Origin: an uncultured Rivularia sp.
GTDB taxonomy: Bacteria > Cyanobacteriota > Cyanobacteriia > Cyanobacteriales > Nostocaceae
Direction of reading: 5' to 3'
Length of the DNA: 64,000 bases
Assembly (NCBI GenBank): GCA_963665115.1
Contig: OY762007.1
Location: 2,272,001 to 2,336,000 of the forward strand
The notes under the pieces were generated by a model that saw nothing but the letters and a program-made list of their open reading frames with translations, had not been told where the DNA came from and ran no database searches. How positions within the stretch are numbered: the first letter of the stretch is position 1; every line of letters starts with the position of its first letter. Of this stretch, positions 20,205 through 31,767 are shown in pieces. A program made the position numbers and the translations under genes.

Positions 20205-20909
20205 TTAGTCATCATTAATTACAACCACAAAATCTAAAGTGAAAAATAGCAATCTATTTTTAATGATTTTATATTTAGTAATACCCGCAGCTTCTAGTCT
20301 TTTGCACAAATCACTTAATGACAACAAATACATATATTCTTCAGCAGCCCATCCTTTACCAACAAAGTGTAAAAAATGGTCAAATACTTTCTTGGGCAAA
20401 AAATGCAATAGCGGTATGCGTGTATGAACTTCAATCGGAAAATATCTATTTGGAGTTGTGATAAATGCCCGTTTTGCTACTCTCTTAATCTCCTTTAAAA
20501 AAATTATTTGTTCTTCCTCATCACCGACGTGTTCTAAAACAGCATTTGACCAACAAATATCAAAAGTTTTGTCGCTAAAGGGGAAAGTTTTACCGTTATA
20601 TGTGACAATTTCTAGCTGTGGATATCGTTTTGAAGCTTGTTTCTTTTTGACTGCAATTGCTTCTTTTGGTACTTGAAAATCGACCTCTTTTCTAGCGTGA
20701 AGATATGCTTCCGGTGTTTCTAGACATAAAGCCGTTATTTGTTCGGTTTGAGGATAATGTTTCTCTAAAAAATTATCTGTATCGCTATATTCTTCTTCAC
20801 TAAAACCAATATCTAAAATAGTACTTTGAGTAGTTGGTCTAATTTCTTTAAGAAAGGATTCCCATTTACGTTTGCGATTCCAACCAGATACTTGATAAGC
20901 GAATGACAT
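20205..20909 (-). CDS. class I SAM-dependent methyltransferase
   Basis: ILDIG and FPFSDKTFDICWSNAVLEHV; AGGAG SD before the ATG at 20909. Confidence 0.8.
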   Translation of the reverse strand: MSFAYQVSGWNRKRKWESFLKEIRPTTQSTILDIGFSEEEYSDTDNFLEKHYPQTEQITALCLETPEAYLHARKEVDFQVPKEAIAVKKKQASKRYPQLEIVTYNGKTFPFSDKTFDICWSNAVLEHVGDEEEQIIFLKEIKRVAKRAFITTPNRYFPIEVHTRIPLLHFLPKKVFDHFLHFVGKGWAAEEYMYLLSLSDLCKRLEAAGITKYKIIKNRLLFFTLDFVVVINDD

Positions 20910-21015
20910 ATTATAAACTCCTGCGGACAATCTATATTTTTGCAATAAGGAGTAGGGTAGAAGGGGAAGAGTGGGAGAAATAACTCCTAACTTTTAACTC
21001 GCTACTTACTACTTG

Positions 21016-22437
21016 CTACTTACTACTTGCTACTCCTAACTCCTCCCCATTCTCCCAATACTTCGATTCCCAACCTAATACCGCAAATAACAAACACCAG
21101 TAGAAAAACAATGTTGTGTGACTCCAAACATTATCAGTGGTCATTCCTACAAGTATTGCCATAAAAATGGCTATCATAATTGAAGACAGTTTGCGACGCG
21201 GACTTGATATCGCAGAAGACTGCAAATATTTAATCAAACGAAGCATTTTCACTCCTAAAAATATCATAAAACTAGTGAATCCGATAATTCCCGTTTCTGT
21301 AAGGAATCTAAGATAATCGTTATGAGCATAATTTTCAAAATAGGTGATATATTTACTTGTACCCAAACCATATCCCAAAAAGGGTGATTCTTTCCAAGCG
21401 TCTATTAAAAAAGTCCATTGGGCAATTCGCCAATTCGCGCTGTTTCCATCTCCAAACGACAATAATATTGTTCGCGATATATCCAATTCTTGATTAAATA
21501 CAGGCGTTTCTAAAACTGCATTTAGCTTATCGTGACCAAATTCTGTATTCACGAATAAGTAAAATACAAGTACGATAAATAAAATCCCCCCAATTAGTCT
21601 TATAAGGTTCAATTTAGGCGCAATTAAAGCAATAATAAATACGGTAAACATCAATAAGCTGGTTAATGAACGACTCATAACCATTAAGAAAGCAGCTAAT
21701 CCTAATAAAAGTAACCATCCCCAGCGGTTACGTGCGTGACCTAATTTCCATAAAGTTAAACAAATAAAAAGAAACAAAAAGCTTCCAAAAGCGCTAGGAT
21801 GACCAATTGTTGAATTAAGATAGTTTGGGCGATCGAGAAGCACGCTCGGAAGTAGCGAAGGTGTGAAAAGCTGTAATAATCCTACTATCAGCGGTACGAT
21901 AGTGCTAAAAAATAAAGCAGAAATTGCTTTTTGCGGATGAATTCTTCCTTTTAACTGCATCACCAGCAGATATACCATCAACCAGGTAAATATTCGCGTC
22001 CATTCTCGAATACCGTCTATTAAATAGCTTTTTCCTAAACTACCCCAACCAACTATTGGTAGCACCAGCCATATTCCCAAAAATGCTACCCATCCCGCAA
22101 AAAACCAGAAAAATTTATCCGTATTAACCTTTTGTCTTAACAATATTTGTACTATTACATAGAGTATTGTCAAAGCATCCAATCCAATCGCAAAAGCAGC
22201 AGGTACTTGCTGTGCCGAAAAAGGATCGAGGGAACTACGTAAAACTAATAAAGTTAATACTGCTTGTTCAAATCGAGCAAAAAAGAACACCAGTACTGCG
22301 ATTACACCCAAAAGCAAACCTATATAAACGGGTACCGCACCAGCCCCATATCCCACAGCGACACCAATTAAAACCCCTGCCAATCCAATTACCAGTGACG
22401 TATAAAAAGAAGCATTTAATCCTTTATTGCTTAACAT
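21016..22437 (-). CDS. O-antigen ligase/Wzy-family polymerase
   Basis: Multi-TM; GYGLGT...AHNDYLRFLTETGIIG. Confidence 0.8.
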   Translation of the reverse strand: MLSNKGLNASFYTSLVIGLAGVLIGVAVGYGAGAVPVYIGLLLGVIAVLVFFFARFEQAVLTLLVLRSSLDPFSAQQVPAAFAIGLDALTILYVIVQILLRQKVNTDKFFWFFAGWVAFLGIWLVLPIVGWGSLGKSYLIDGIREWTRIFTWLMVYLLVMQLKGRIHPQKAISALFFSTIVPLIVGLLQLFTPSLLPSVLLDRPNYLNSTIGHPSAFGSFLFLFICLTLWKLGHARNRWGWLLLLGLAAFLMVMSRSLTSLLMFTVFIIALIAPKLNLIRLIGGILFIVLVFYLFVNTEFGHDKLNAVLETPVFNQELDISRTILLSFGDGNSANWRIAQWTFLIDAWKESPFLGYGLGTSKYITYFENYAHNDYLRFLTETGIIGFTSFMIFLGVKMLRLIKYLQSSAISSPRRKLSSIMIAIFMAILVGMTTDNVWSHTTLFFYWCLLFAVLGWESKYWENGEELGVASSK

Positions 22438-22610
22438 AAAAATTTTGGATTTTAGATTTTAGATTTAATTGAGGATTGAGGATTGGGGATTGGGGATTGG
22501 GCATAGTTAAGAGTAGAAAGTAGAGAGTTAATCACTTTTTATTATTGTCATAAATGTCGCTACTCACTACTCATTACTCACTACTTTAATAATGTCCCCT
22601 TGTCTCCCCC

Positions 22611-22790
22611 TACCCTTCGGGAACACCTCCGGTGAACGGGTTGCGCCACTTGCTACAACGCGGCGGCAGTCCCCTCAACGGAGGGAACCTCCGCACAGGG
22701 CTGCCTTGGGAACCCCTCCGGGTTCAACTCTTTGCTTATGCCGGGGAACCCGTCCACCGCAAGTGTTTCACCGCGCAACGCAGTGGCTTA
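22611..22790. repeat. nested short dispersed repeats (GGGAACC-core hairpins)
   Basis: GC-rich island in an AT-rich spacer, with three GGGAACC-centred units and GCCACT...AGTGGC outer arms. Confidence 0.6.
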
Positions 22791-22808
22791 CCATCTTCCT
22801 ATCTCCTC

Positions 22809-24971
22809 TCATCTACTCCTTGCCCCTGAAGTCAAATGTTTTGTCGGTTGATAACTTTTAACGGGATAGCGGTAATATTTTTCTGTCAGATTGGACATTC
22901 CGTTAACTACAACTCCTAAAATCGGTATGTGATTATCGGTCAATTCCGATACTACTTTTTTCAGCATTTCTTTGTTTGTAAAGCTAGGTCGTGTAACTAA
23001 AACTACTCCATCGCTGTATTTACCTAAAGTGGCAGCATCCGCACAAGCGCTAACTGGAGGTGTATCTATTACAACTAAATCGTATTCTTTCGCAGCTTCT
23101 TCTAATATTGATTTCATTGCAGCAGACTCTAATAACTGCGAAGGTCTGCCGTGGAGTTCTCCGCAAGTTAAGACATCTAAGTTTTCTACATCAGTTTTTT
23201 GTATAGCGTCGGTGAAACTTCTGTTGCCCTCAATTATCTCGGTAATCCCTGGCTTTGGTGGTAAATTAAACAGAGTGTGCTGTACTGGTCTGCGTAAATC
23301 TGCATCAATAACTAGTGTTTTTCGAGACAGCATTGCTGAAACTGCTGCTAAGTGAGATACTACTACCGATTTACCTTCACCAGAGATGGTGCTGCTGACT
23401 ACAATTTTTTGCAACTCCTTATCACTACGAAACTCTAAAGTTTTAAACAGCATTCGGTAAGGTTCCACCAAACCAATTCGGTCTAAAAATCTATCTGAAG
23501 GTTCTAATACTAAAGTTTTTCCCGGTAAACGGGGTAATACTCCTAGTAACGGTAGGTTGAGCAATTCTCCTGCTTCTCTAGCATCTCGAAGGGTGTTATC
23601 CATTAATTCCAGCAGCAAGATAACGCCAGTTGCTAAAATACCTCCAAAAATTGTAGCTAATGCTAAAACCACAGCTTTTTTCGGTGAAGATGGCGATTCT
23701 GGCACTTTAGCTGATTGTATGACCCGGATATTGCTTACCTTCTGCGCTTGAGCAAGTCTTGCTTCTTCTAACTTACTTTGTAAAAATTTTAGAGTTGAAG
23801 CAACTTCTTCCCTTCGGCGGACGAGTGCAGTTAAAGGTTGCTGTTTAATTGGTAATTGAGCCACACGAGCTTTCAATTGTGATGCTTGTGCCCGCACGAT
23901 TGCTAATTTCTTTTGAATAGCTAAGCGTTCAATTTCACTAGTAATTAACTTAGAAGTCAACTCCTGAGAAATTTCGTCTGAAGCTATTTGGTTTGTAGGA
24001 ACAGTTTGGCTTGACTGGGATACTTTCGCTAACTCCCTTTCGTACATTTGACGGAAAGCATCTCGTTTTTCGGCTAACTCAATTACCTGGGGGTGATTAA
24101 AAGTAAACCGCAAACGTGTTTCCACAAATTGCCGTTCCAACTCTGCTAAGCTAGCCCGCATTTTAACTAATTCTTCATCCGAACCACTGCGAACCGAAGA
24201 ATAAGCACTATTCAAACTCTTCGCATCTGTAATTTCTCGTAAAGAATTTTCTTGCGATCGCACTTGTTCGAGTAAGGCGCTCAAGGTTCGTTCTTGCTCT
24301 TCAAGAGATCCTAAATTCTCAACTAAAGATTTAGTTTGTTCTTCAAAAGAAACAATACCGCTATCTTGTCTGTACTTACTTTCAGCAACTTCAACTTGTT
24401 GTAAATTCTTCCTAGCAATCGGAAGTTGTTTATTTTCCAAAAAGTCTTTTACTTTTGTAGCTTCAGAGCTAATAGCTTTAATATCGTACTCAACCATCGC
24501 CCTCGATACAGCATTAAGCAGTTCAGCCGCTAAAACGGGATCTTGATTTTCATAACTAGTTTGTAAAATATTAGTTGCAGGAACTATTTTTACGCTTAAA
24601 TTTTTACGCAAATATTCCGAAGTCAATGCATCTTTACTAAGACTCTCCTCCGAGTCAACTTTGTAATTAGAATTAAATATCTCAATCGCTTTGTGCAAAA
24701 CCCGTTGTGACTTTACCAACTCGGCTTGATCGGCTAAAGGATTTGCTCCACCAGGAGTAGCATTTGCAACTTGAGTTAAATCTCTACCTAATTCCGACAC
24801 GCTCACCTGTTTTTGATCGAGCATTAACCGCGCCGAGGTTTCATAAACACGCGGCGTAACCCTCAAGTAAACAAAAGCCCCACCAATGACTGCAACAAAA
24901 GTAGCCAGCGCAGGCAAACTTCGTCGCATTACAACTGTTAGCAAGGATGAAATTCCTTTCTCCATTCGCAT
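22809..24971 (-). CDS. wzc: Wzc/GumC polysaccharide co-polymerase tyrosine kinase
   Basis: Two TMs flanking a coiled coil; SSTISGEGKS, IDADLRRP, VIDTPP and C-terminal tyrosines. Confidence 0.9.
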   Translation of the reverse strand: MRMEKGISSLLTVVMRRSLPALATFVAVIGGAFVYLRVTPRVYETSARLMLDQKQVSVSELGRDLTQVANATPGGANPLADQAELVKSQRVLHKAIEIFNSNYKVDSEESLSKDALTSEYLRKNLSVKIVPATNILQTSYENQDPVLAAELLNAVSRAMVEYDIKAISSEATKVKDFLENKQLPIARKNLQQVEVAESKYRQDSGIVSFEEQTKSLVENLGSLEEQERTLSALLEQVRSQENSLREITDAKSLNSAYSSVRSGSDEELVKMRASLAELERQFVETRLRFTFNHPQVIELAEKRDAFRQMYERELAKVSQSSQTVPTNQIASDEISQELTSKLITSEIERLAIQKKLAIVRAQASQLKARVAQLPIKQQPLTALVRRREEVASTLKFLQSKLEEARLAQAQKVSNIRVIQSAKVPESPSSPKKAVVLALATIFGGILATGVILLLELMDNTLRDAREAGELLNLPLLGVLPRLPGKTLVLEPSDRFLDRIGLVEPYRMLFKTLEFRSDKELQKIVVSSTISGEGKSVVVSHLAAVSAMLSRKTLVIDADLRRPVQHTLFNLPPKPGITEIIEGNRSFTDAIQKTDVENLDVLTCGELHGRPSQLLESAAMKSILEEAAKEYDLVVIDTPPVSACADAATLGKYSDGVVLVTRPSFTNKEMLKKVVSELTDNHIPILGVVVNGMSNLTEKYYRYPVKSYQPTKHLTSGARSR

Positions 24972-25151
24972 ACCTTTTTTGAATCACGTTTAAGCTGCTA
25001 CGCATTTAATTTGTATAGTAATAGCGAGCAAGATGCTCGCACTACAACCTTTTCAAATTTTCCCATTATCCAATTTAGCTGGAAATCAGCTTATTAAAGG
25101 GAGAGGGGGGGGGAGATAGAGAGACAAGAAGACAAGGAGATGGGGAAAGAA

Positions 25152-25312
25152 TTCTTAACTACTTAACTTACTTACTACTCCCAACTCCCTACTTACTACT
25201 CCCTACTTACTACTCCCTACTCCCTACTCCCTACTCCCTACTTACTACTCCCTACTCCCTACTTACTACTCCCTACTTACTACTCCCTACTCCCTACCCC
25301 CAACTCCCTACT
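25152..25312. repeat. STRR heptamer array (TACTCCC/TACTTAC)
   Basis: About 20 tandem 7-mers; similar arrays at ~17583-17650, 31630-31731, 33575-33617, 34698-34760, 40501-40545 and 55008-55050. Confidence 0.9.
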
Positions 25313-26489
25313 CCTTAAAAGCTCCCGCTAATCCTTTTTCGTTGGTTTCTACTTCCAGATGGGAAGGTGACGATAGCGTTTGATATAATTTCAGGGTTTC
25401 GTTTGTAATGTAGTCCCAGCTATAGTTGTGGTCTACGTATTTTTGTGCATTTTGAGCCATTGCCGTCATGTGAGCGGAGTTTTCGGTGGCCCAAGACAAT
25501 TCGTTGATGCAAGATTCTAAGGAACCAGCTTCAAAAAGTCTGCCTCGCCCTCCTTCAATCAATTGTTTATGGGGTGGAATATCGCTTGCGACTACGGGAA
25601 TACGTTCGCGCATGGCTTCTAACATTGCCATTGGTAATCCTTCGACATCTGAAGGTAAAACAAATAACCCAGCCCCTCGAACAATCTCGGCTAAACGCGC
25701 TCCTCGAAGCTCCCCTGCAAATACTATGTTGCGGTTGTCTGCAACTTTTTCTAATAGTTGTGAAGTAAAAGACTTTGTATTACTCACACCTCCAGCTAAA
25801 ACAAGCTTCCAGTTTTGTGCTTGTAAATTTACGAAGGCTTCTACAAGTAAGTCGGGACGTTTTTCGGGTACTAATCTACCCAGAAACAACATATATCGTC
25901 CCCGCTTAAGCCCTAAATTGCTACCGTAGGCAAAATCTGGATCGGATCTTACATAGCTTGCCGGGGCAGTAGGAATATATACAACTTCTCTTCCGTAAGT
26001 TTGCAAAAAATAGGTCTTAAGTGCATCGGAGACTGCAATTATTCCGTGAGCGCAACGCACAGCTGTTTGTTCGCCCATTTGAATTAAACGGGTAGAAAAA
26101 TTACCCCATTTAGCGCGTTGCCAATCTAATCCATGACAAGTTACGACGATTTTTGATTTTGATGTAATTCTAGATAAGCCTGTAAATAAAGATGGACCGA
26201 GAGCTTGAAAATGAATAATGTCATATCTTTTACCAGTAGCTGCTAAAGCACCCAGAGCGGATGTAATAAAAGCATCTACGCCTCTCGTGCGTACATCTGG
26301 TAAAGAAATAACTTTCACGCCCTCAAAATAATAATTCTCTAGCCAAGAACTATCGGTATAAGAAGAACGAGCAAACAAATCTACACTATGACCTTGAGCT
26401 ACCATGCGGGGAAACACTTCAGCACAGTAATGTTCAATTCCCCCCTGTGTGGGAGGTAGACCTTTTGCACCAATTACAGCAATTTTCAT
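25308..26489 (-). CDS. glycosyltransferase family 4
   Basis: GGIEHY, FLGRLVPEK and EGLPMAMLEAM. Confidence 0.9.
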   Translation of the reverse strand: MKIAVIGAKGLPPTQGGIEHYCAEVFPRMVAQGHSVDLFARSSYTDSSWLENYYFEGVKVISLPDVRTRGVDAFITSALGALAATGKRYDIIHFQALGPSLFTGLSRITSKSKIVVTCHGLDWQRAKWGNFSTRLIQMGEQTAVRCAHGIIAVSDALKTYFLQTYGREVVYIPTAPASYVRSDPDFAYGSNLGLKRGRYMLFLGRLVPEKRPDLLVEAFVNLQAQNWKLVLAGGVSNTKSFTSQLLEKVADNRNIVFAGELRGARLAEIVRGAGLFVLPSDVEGLPMAMLEAMRERIPVVASDIPPHKQLIEGGRGRLFEAGSLESCINELSWATENSAHMTAMAQNAQKYVDHNYSWDYITNETLKLYQTLSSPSHLEVETNEKGLAGAFKE

Positions 26490-26528
26490 CTTTTGCTCGT
26501 TTTTGCTCTCAATTGAGGTTTATAAGTG

Positions 26529-27743
26529 CTAAACGTTAACAATTTTTTTTTGAACGTTCCAACGTTGCCACATTTGACTGTAAACTTGGTTGACTACAGT
26601 GCTTGCAGCATAAGGTGCGGCTACTCTTACGCATTCTTCCACTGGATAACTTTCTGGATGCATGACAACCGTTAGTAAAGCTGAAGCAATACATTGAGGT
26701 GTTCGTTGCGAACAAACAACCCCACTATCGGCAGATAGTAATTTATGAGTTTCTCCAGCTTCGGTGGTGACGATTGGAGTTCCACAAGCAAGGGCTTCTA
26801 AAACCACAAACGGCAATCCTTCAAAAGCACTGGTTAGAACAACAGCGTTGCAAGCACGGTGTAAGTTAGATAGTTCTTGTTGTCGAACTATTCCCAGCAT
26901 CGTCACTCGCTCGGAGAGTCCTAAAGAACTAATTTCATTACGTACTGTAGCTGCTAATTCACCCTCACCTGCGATCAATAAATGAATATTCGGCTCGTCC
27001 AATGCTTTTATAGAACGTATCAATAACAAAGGATCTTTTTGTGGATGCAACCTTCCAGCGAACAGTACAAATCGCGTATTCTTGTCTAAATTCAACTTGA
27101 GTGCCAACTCGCGCCTTATTGCATCGCGTTCTTGGAGAGAAACAGGATAAAATACTTTCTCATCAAAAGTATTGTTCAACAAGCTTACCCTGTCGGATAT
27201 ATCGGGATAACGCTGTTGATAAAGTGACTTTGAATCGCTATTGCAAGAATAAATATGGTCAAACTGTCCAACTAATAAACGTTCTAAAGCAAAATAAGCT
27301 GCCGGTAATCGTCGCCATAAGATTGCATTCTTATCGCGATCTGATGACATCTGCTTTTCTATATCGTTTTGAATAAATAAAGTTTTTTCCCCTTTCCATT
27401 TGAAAGTGGCTAAAGTTGGCTCTAATCTGTAAAAGTGCATAAAATCAGAGGCATAACAACGCCCCATCATTGCAGCTGTATATTTAACCGTTGTCGGTAC
27501 CAAACCTCTAACGTTATCATCTTCTACTACAAACAAAGGCAGAAAATCAATTTCTCTGCCTCCAAATTCTCTTTTGTGCCATTTGCCTAATGTTTCATTT
27601 TTGTTGTTTGCCGTTCCAACAAGCCTCACCTCAAAATCTGAAGGAGCATACTTGATAAAAGTATTGATTAATGTCTGTATTCCTCCAATTGTGGTGTCCC
27701 AAGGATTATATTGGTAAAAAATTGTTAAAACAGGCTTACGCAT
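26529..27743 (-). CDS. glycosyltransferase family 4
   Basis: FAGRLHPQK and EGLPFVVLEALACGTP. Confidence 0.9.
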   Translation of the reverse strand: MRKPVLTIFYQYNPWDTTIGGIQTLINTFIKYAPSDFEVRLVGTANNKNETLGKWHKREFGGREIDFLPLFVVEDDNVRGLVPTTVKYTAAMMGRCYASDFMHFYRLEPTLATFKWKGEKTLFIQNDIEKQMSSDRDKNAILWRRLPAAYFALERLLVGQFDHIYSCNSDSKSLYQQRYPDISDRVSLLNNTFDEKVFYPVSLQERDAIRRELALKLNLDKNTRFVLFAGRLHPQKDPLLLIRSIKALDEPNIHLLIAGEGELAATVRNEISSLGLSERVTMLGIVRQQELSNLHRACNAVVLTSAFEGLPFVVLEALACGTPIVTTEAGETHKLLSADSGVVCSQRTPQCIASALLTVVMHPESYPVEECVRVAAPYAASTVVNQVYSQMWQRWNVQKKIVNV

Positions 27744-28591
27744 TTCTAACCACCCTGCACTTCAAGTATTAAGCGTGCAAATTGTTATTGTCAGATTCTT
27801 TACTTTCGCTCTACGATCTTGCCATTTTAAAATAGTCCATTGACCAAAAAATTTACTCCGACCATAGCAGTATTTTCAATAATTTTACTTATCAATTTTG
27901 GGAACTCAATTTTAAGGGCAATTTCAGCAATCCTTTAGTAATGAAGGTACAAATATTTATGCCAATCGCAGTTATACGCAAAATAAATACTGTTTATGCA
28001 TTGAAAATTTGTCACACCTTTAAAATCGTAATATTAATGAACTTTAAAGTCACTCCAGCTTACCCAATCTTTATGATTTTTTTACTTATAAAGTATAAAA
28101 TGCGTCTTTATAGTTTGAGATGTATGTTAATATACAATAATTTTGTAGGATAGAAAACAAAATTAATCGTCTCAAGCCTACTGGCTTTATAATATCTTAA
28201 TATAAAAAATCGTAAAAACCTCAATAGGGTTTTATTTTTTTAGTCAATAATACGATTTCATGGCAGATAAATAGTTAAGTAACAACTATGTTTCCTAAAT
28301 AGCTACCTGTATTAAAGATGCCACCAGACAAAACGAACAATTAAACTTATATCTATAATTATTATATTTATTAGTCAAGAAGTAATGTATATAAATACAA
28401 GCGAACAAATATTGGTAAATACTTAGTTTATTTTTATAATTTTAAAAACTTATACATCGAATTGTTTTCAACGATGATTAATTGATCGTATATTTTATAG
28501 GTTTGTAGTAAGCGCTATGCCGCATACGGGCATTCTTTACTACAAACCCATCAAAATTAATGTCCCGAAATAGTACATTAATCCTAAGTGT

Positions 28592-31192
28592 TTAATCTAA
28601 CTTAGATTTTGCTTCCAAACTTTCCAAACGACTTCTAAGTTGTTGATTCTGCTGCTTGAGTTGTTCAACTTCGGTACGTAAATCGTTTACGGCACTATCA
28701 GATGAAGTCTTCCGAACCAATTTGTCAACTTCTTCCTCAGCATAACGACGCACGCGGCCATCGGGAGTTTGTTCGGCTAAAGTACGCAGAATTCCAATGG
28801 CTTTTTTATTTTCCATCTGTCCGAGGGAGTTTGCTACGGCAATTTGGGTTAAAAAGAAAGTTTCTTGAGAAATTTTGCTCAATCTTTCCAAAATTCTTTC
28901 TAAATTTGTGCTATCTTGACCAACAGAAATTTTTCCTAAAGCGCGAATTGCACCTAAACGCAGAGGTTGAGGAACGCCTAATTTGGTATAATCCAAGATT
29001 AAATTTAAAGCCGCCTCGCTGGTTTTTAATTCAGCCAAACCTGCGATCGCGCCATTTCTTACTACTTCATTCCAACCAGCTTTGGATTGCAAAATGTTCT
29101 CAAACAGCTTTATTACTTCTGCTTCATCGGGTTTGTCTTCTCCCACTGTTGCAGCAATCGAACCAATAGAAGCAACAGCAGCAGCTTCAACAGAATAGCT
29201 ATCATCTCCAGTTTGAGACAATTTTTTCAAAGCTTCATAGCTAGGAATAGTTTTGATCGTACCAAGTGCTTGCGCTACAGCCTTACGCACGTATGGGTTT
29301 GGATCTGATATATACTCGATTAAAACATCAAAAACTTGATCTAACTTAACTTCCGCCAGCTGTTTGACTACCTCTACACGCACACCCCAAAAATCATCAT
29401 TTTTCAAAGATTCCGATAGTGCCTTCACAGCTTCTAAACTATTCTTTTTTGCTAAAGCAACCGCTGCGTAAATTCGCGAAACGGGATTTGCATCGTGGAG
29501 TAACTGCGCTTTCAACTCAGGTATGGGATATTCTAAAGTCACTGTTTTCAGGTAATGATTCCCTACGTCAAAGCTGATAAAATCGGGTTTTTTCTCCACA
29601 GGGAAGTAAAAGCTCTGCTCCTTTTCCGAAACCTTTATCGTAAAAACTTTCAAATCATCAGTTCGATCGATATAGCCCAAACCGATGGGAATTCTTAAAT
29701 CAAATAAACTTTCGTCATTTTTATCATCCGAAGTTACCTGAGTTTGTGTTACCGTCACCTTCGCCAAATTCGCATCCCCATCCCAAGCATAAGCGACTTT
29801 AAAATCGGGATGTCCGCCACGATAAACGTACTGATCGAAAAGAAACGTTAAATTACGACCAGTAGCCTTTTCAATTGCTCGTAACAAATCTATGGTTTCT
29901 ACAGTTTGATGAGCATTACTGTTAACAAACTCACCTATAGCCAGCCAAAACAACTCTTCTCCCAACTGCGATCGCATCATATGATAGAGGCACGAACCTT
30001 TTTCATAAATATGGCGATCGTATAGCTCGATAGCTTCCCGGTAAACATGAGTTACCATTGGACGACGGTAGCGACTGCTGTCTTCAGCAATATAGCGGCG
30101 TGCTTGCTGCAAACGATAGTAATCTGCTTCTTGAGAACCATATTCGCGTTCCGTCCACATTACCTCAGAGTAACTTGCCATTCCCTCCTTAACCCAAGCA
30201 TGGGACCAATGCTTAATTACTACTAAATCGCCAAACCACTGATGCGCTAATTCATGAACAACCAAGCTTTCGGCATTGCGGTTATCAATAGCTGCTTTTT
30301 CATCAAGCAGACATCGATCCGTTAACAGAGTAGTAGAAGTATTCTCCATTCCCCCAAAAATGAAGTCATCAACGCAGACTTGCGCGTATTTTGGGAAAGC
30401 ATAATTTAATCCATACTTATCGCTGAGAAACTCCATCATTTGAGGAGTTTTACCCATAGTCCGTTTAGCATCTGCTTCCCGTCCCTTCTCTACATAGTAA
30501 GTAACGGGTTTATCCTGCCATTGGTCGCTAATTTCAGCAAAATCACCTACAGCAAGAGTCATTAAATAAGTTGGATGAACCTGCTTTTGCAACCAGTGAT
30601 AAACAACATAATCTTTATTTTCCCTATCTTCCTCGGTGTCTATTAATTCACCATTAGAAATAACCTTCAAAGGTTTAGGAACCTTTACCCGAATCTCCGA
30701 AGTAGATAATTGTCCGGGATAATCAAAGCAAGGAAACCAAAACCGCGAATCTTCGTCTTCTCCTTGAGTCCAGACTTGAGTCGGTTTATTGGGATAATGT
30801 TCGTCCGGTTGAATAAAATAAATCCCACGAGTCGGTTTTTCTACCGAGTAGGCGATAATAATATCAAGTCGCCGATTAATTTGAGTTGGAGAATTAAGTT
30901 CGATATCCAGATGTTCGCCATCGTAATTAAACTTTTGTGAAATTTCTCCAATAAAAACCGACTCAATATTTAAATTAACAGCATCCAAGTGTAAGCGGTC
31001 TACACCGTTACTTATCGGAGCCAAAGTTATTTTACAGGTGCCGCGAACAGTTTGGTTTACTATATCCAAACTTAGATCCAGGAAAATATGCTTTACCTGT
31101 CCAGGTCTATCCGGATTGTATTGCGGTTTTGCGCCTGGTGAAACAAAAGATTTGTGGCGCTGATTTTCGGTATCAAAATGTGACTGCAACAT
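28592..31192 (-). CDS. pepN: M1 aminopeptidase with C-terminal HEAT repeats and coiled coil
   Basis: GGMEN, HELAHQWFG...KEG (HExxH-x18-E) and YEKG. Confidence 0.9.
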   Translation of the reverse strand: MLQSHFDTENQRHKSFVSPGAKPQYNPDRPGQVKHIFLDLSLDIVNQTVRGTCKITLAPISNGVDRLHLDAVNLNIESVFIGEISQKFNYDGEHLDIELNSPTQINRRLDIIIAYSVEKPTRGIYFIQPDEHYPNKPTQVWTQGEDEDSRFWFPCFDYPGQLSTSEIRVKVPKPLKVISNGELIDTEEDRENKDYVVYHWLQKQVHPTYLMTLAVGDFAEISDQWQDKPVTYYVEKGREADAKRTMGKTPQMMEFLSDKYGLNYAFPKYAQVCVDDFIFGGMENTSTTLLTDRCLLDEKAAIDNRNAESLVVHELAHQWFGDLVVIKHWSHAWVKEGMASYSEVMWTEREYGSQEADYYRLQQARRYIAEDSSRYRRPMVTHVYREAIELYDRHIYEKGSCLYHMMRSQLGEELFWLAIGEFVNSNAHQTVETIDLLRAIEKATGRNLTFLFDQYVYRGGHPDFKVAYAWDGDANLAKVTVTQTQVTSDDKNDESLFDLRIPIGLGYIDRTDDLKVFTIKVSEKEQSFYFPVEKKPDFISFDVGNHYLKTVTLEYPIPELKAQLLHDANPVSRIYAAVALAKKNSLEAVKALSESLKNDDFWGVRVEVVKQLAEVKLDQVFDVLIEYISDPNPYVRKAVAQALGTIKTIPSYEALKKLSQTGDDSYSVEAAAVASIGSIAATVGEDKPDEAEVIKLFENILQSKAGWNEVVRNGAIAGLAELKTSEAALNLILDYTKLGVPQPLRLGAIRALGKISVGQDSTNLERILERLSKISQETFFLTQIAVANSLGQMENKKAIGILRTLAEQTPDGRVRRYAEEEVDKLVRKTSSDSAVNDLRTEVEQLKQQNQQLRSRLESLEAKSKLD

Positions 31193-31767
31193 CGATTTAT
31201 CTTGACCTTATAATTGGGAAAACTCTCAATTTAGTTAATAAAAAATAACATTATGTGGTGAATTTTGGTGAACTACCACCATATAAAGCTGCGCTTGCTT
31301 TACAAAACCCATTTACTTCAAAGTGCATTACTCATTTTAATTCCGATCTGGTTTTTTATGAGTAAAAATACTTGGATCTTGTTTTATATAGATTAGAATT
31401 ATTTGTCACCGTTATTCTTTTAGCCTATAGAGGTAAGAAAGATTTAGTGGTTAATGGATTATCTTACTGACGTAAATTTTGCCAAATTTTAAACCCTATA
31501 GTATGTAGAATGACTAATCTTATCAGTAAATACCCATAATATGTTGTATGGAATATGAAGTATAAAAGCTGAAGAATAAAATAGAACTTTGAGTAGATGG
31601 GGAGATGGGGAGATGGGGAGAGAATTATTAACTACTCACTACTCCTTACTCCTTACTTACTACTCCCTACTCACTACTCACTACTCACTACTTTCTACTC
31701 ACTACTCCCTACTCACTCCCTACTCCCTACTCGCAATTTAATTACCATCGTTATAAGAAAGAGAATA

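Noticed and set aside
22592..22861. Two GC-rich ORFs of 89 and 65 aa
   Set aside because: They lie over nested repeat elements and are antisense to the operon.
25152..25312. Possible CRISPR array in the repetitive spacers
   Set aside because: These are contiguous 7-mer tandem repeats without unique spacers; no cas genes or repeat-spacer pattern were seen in the window.
31597..31767. N-terminal extension of the DUF3352-like ORF
   Set aside because: Translation of an STRR array; the ATG at 31768 precedes the membrane anchor and is more plausible.
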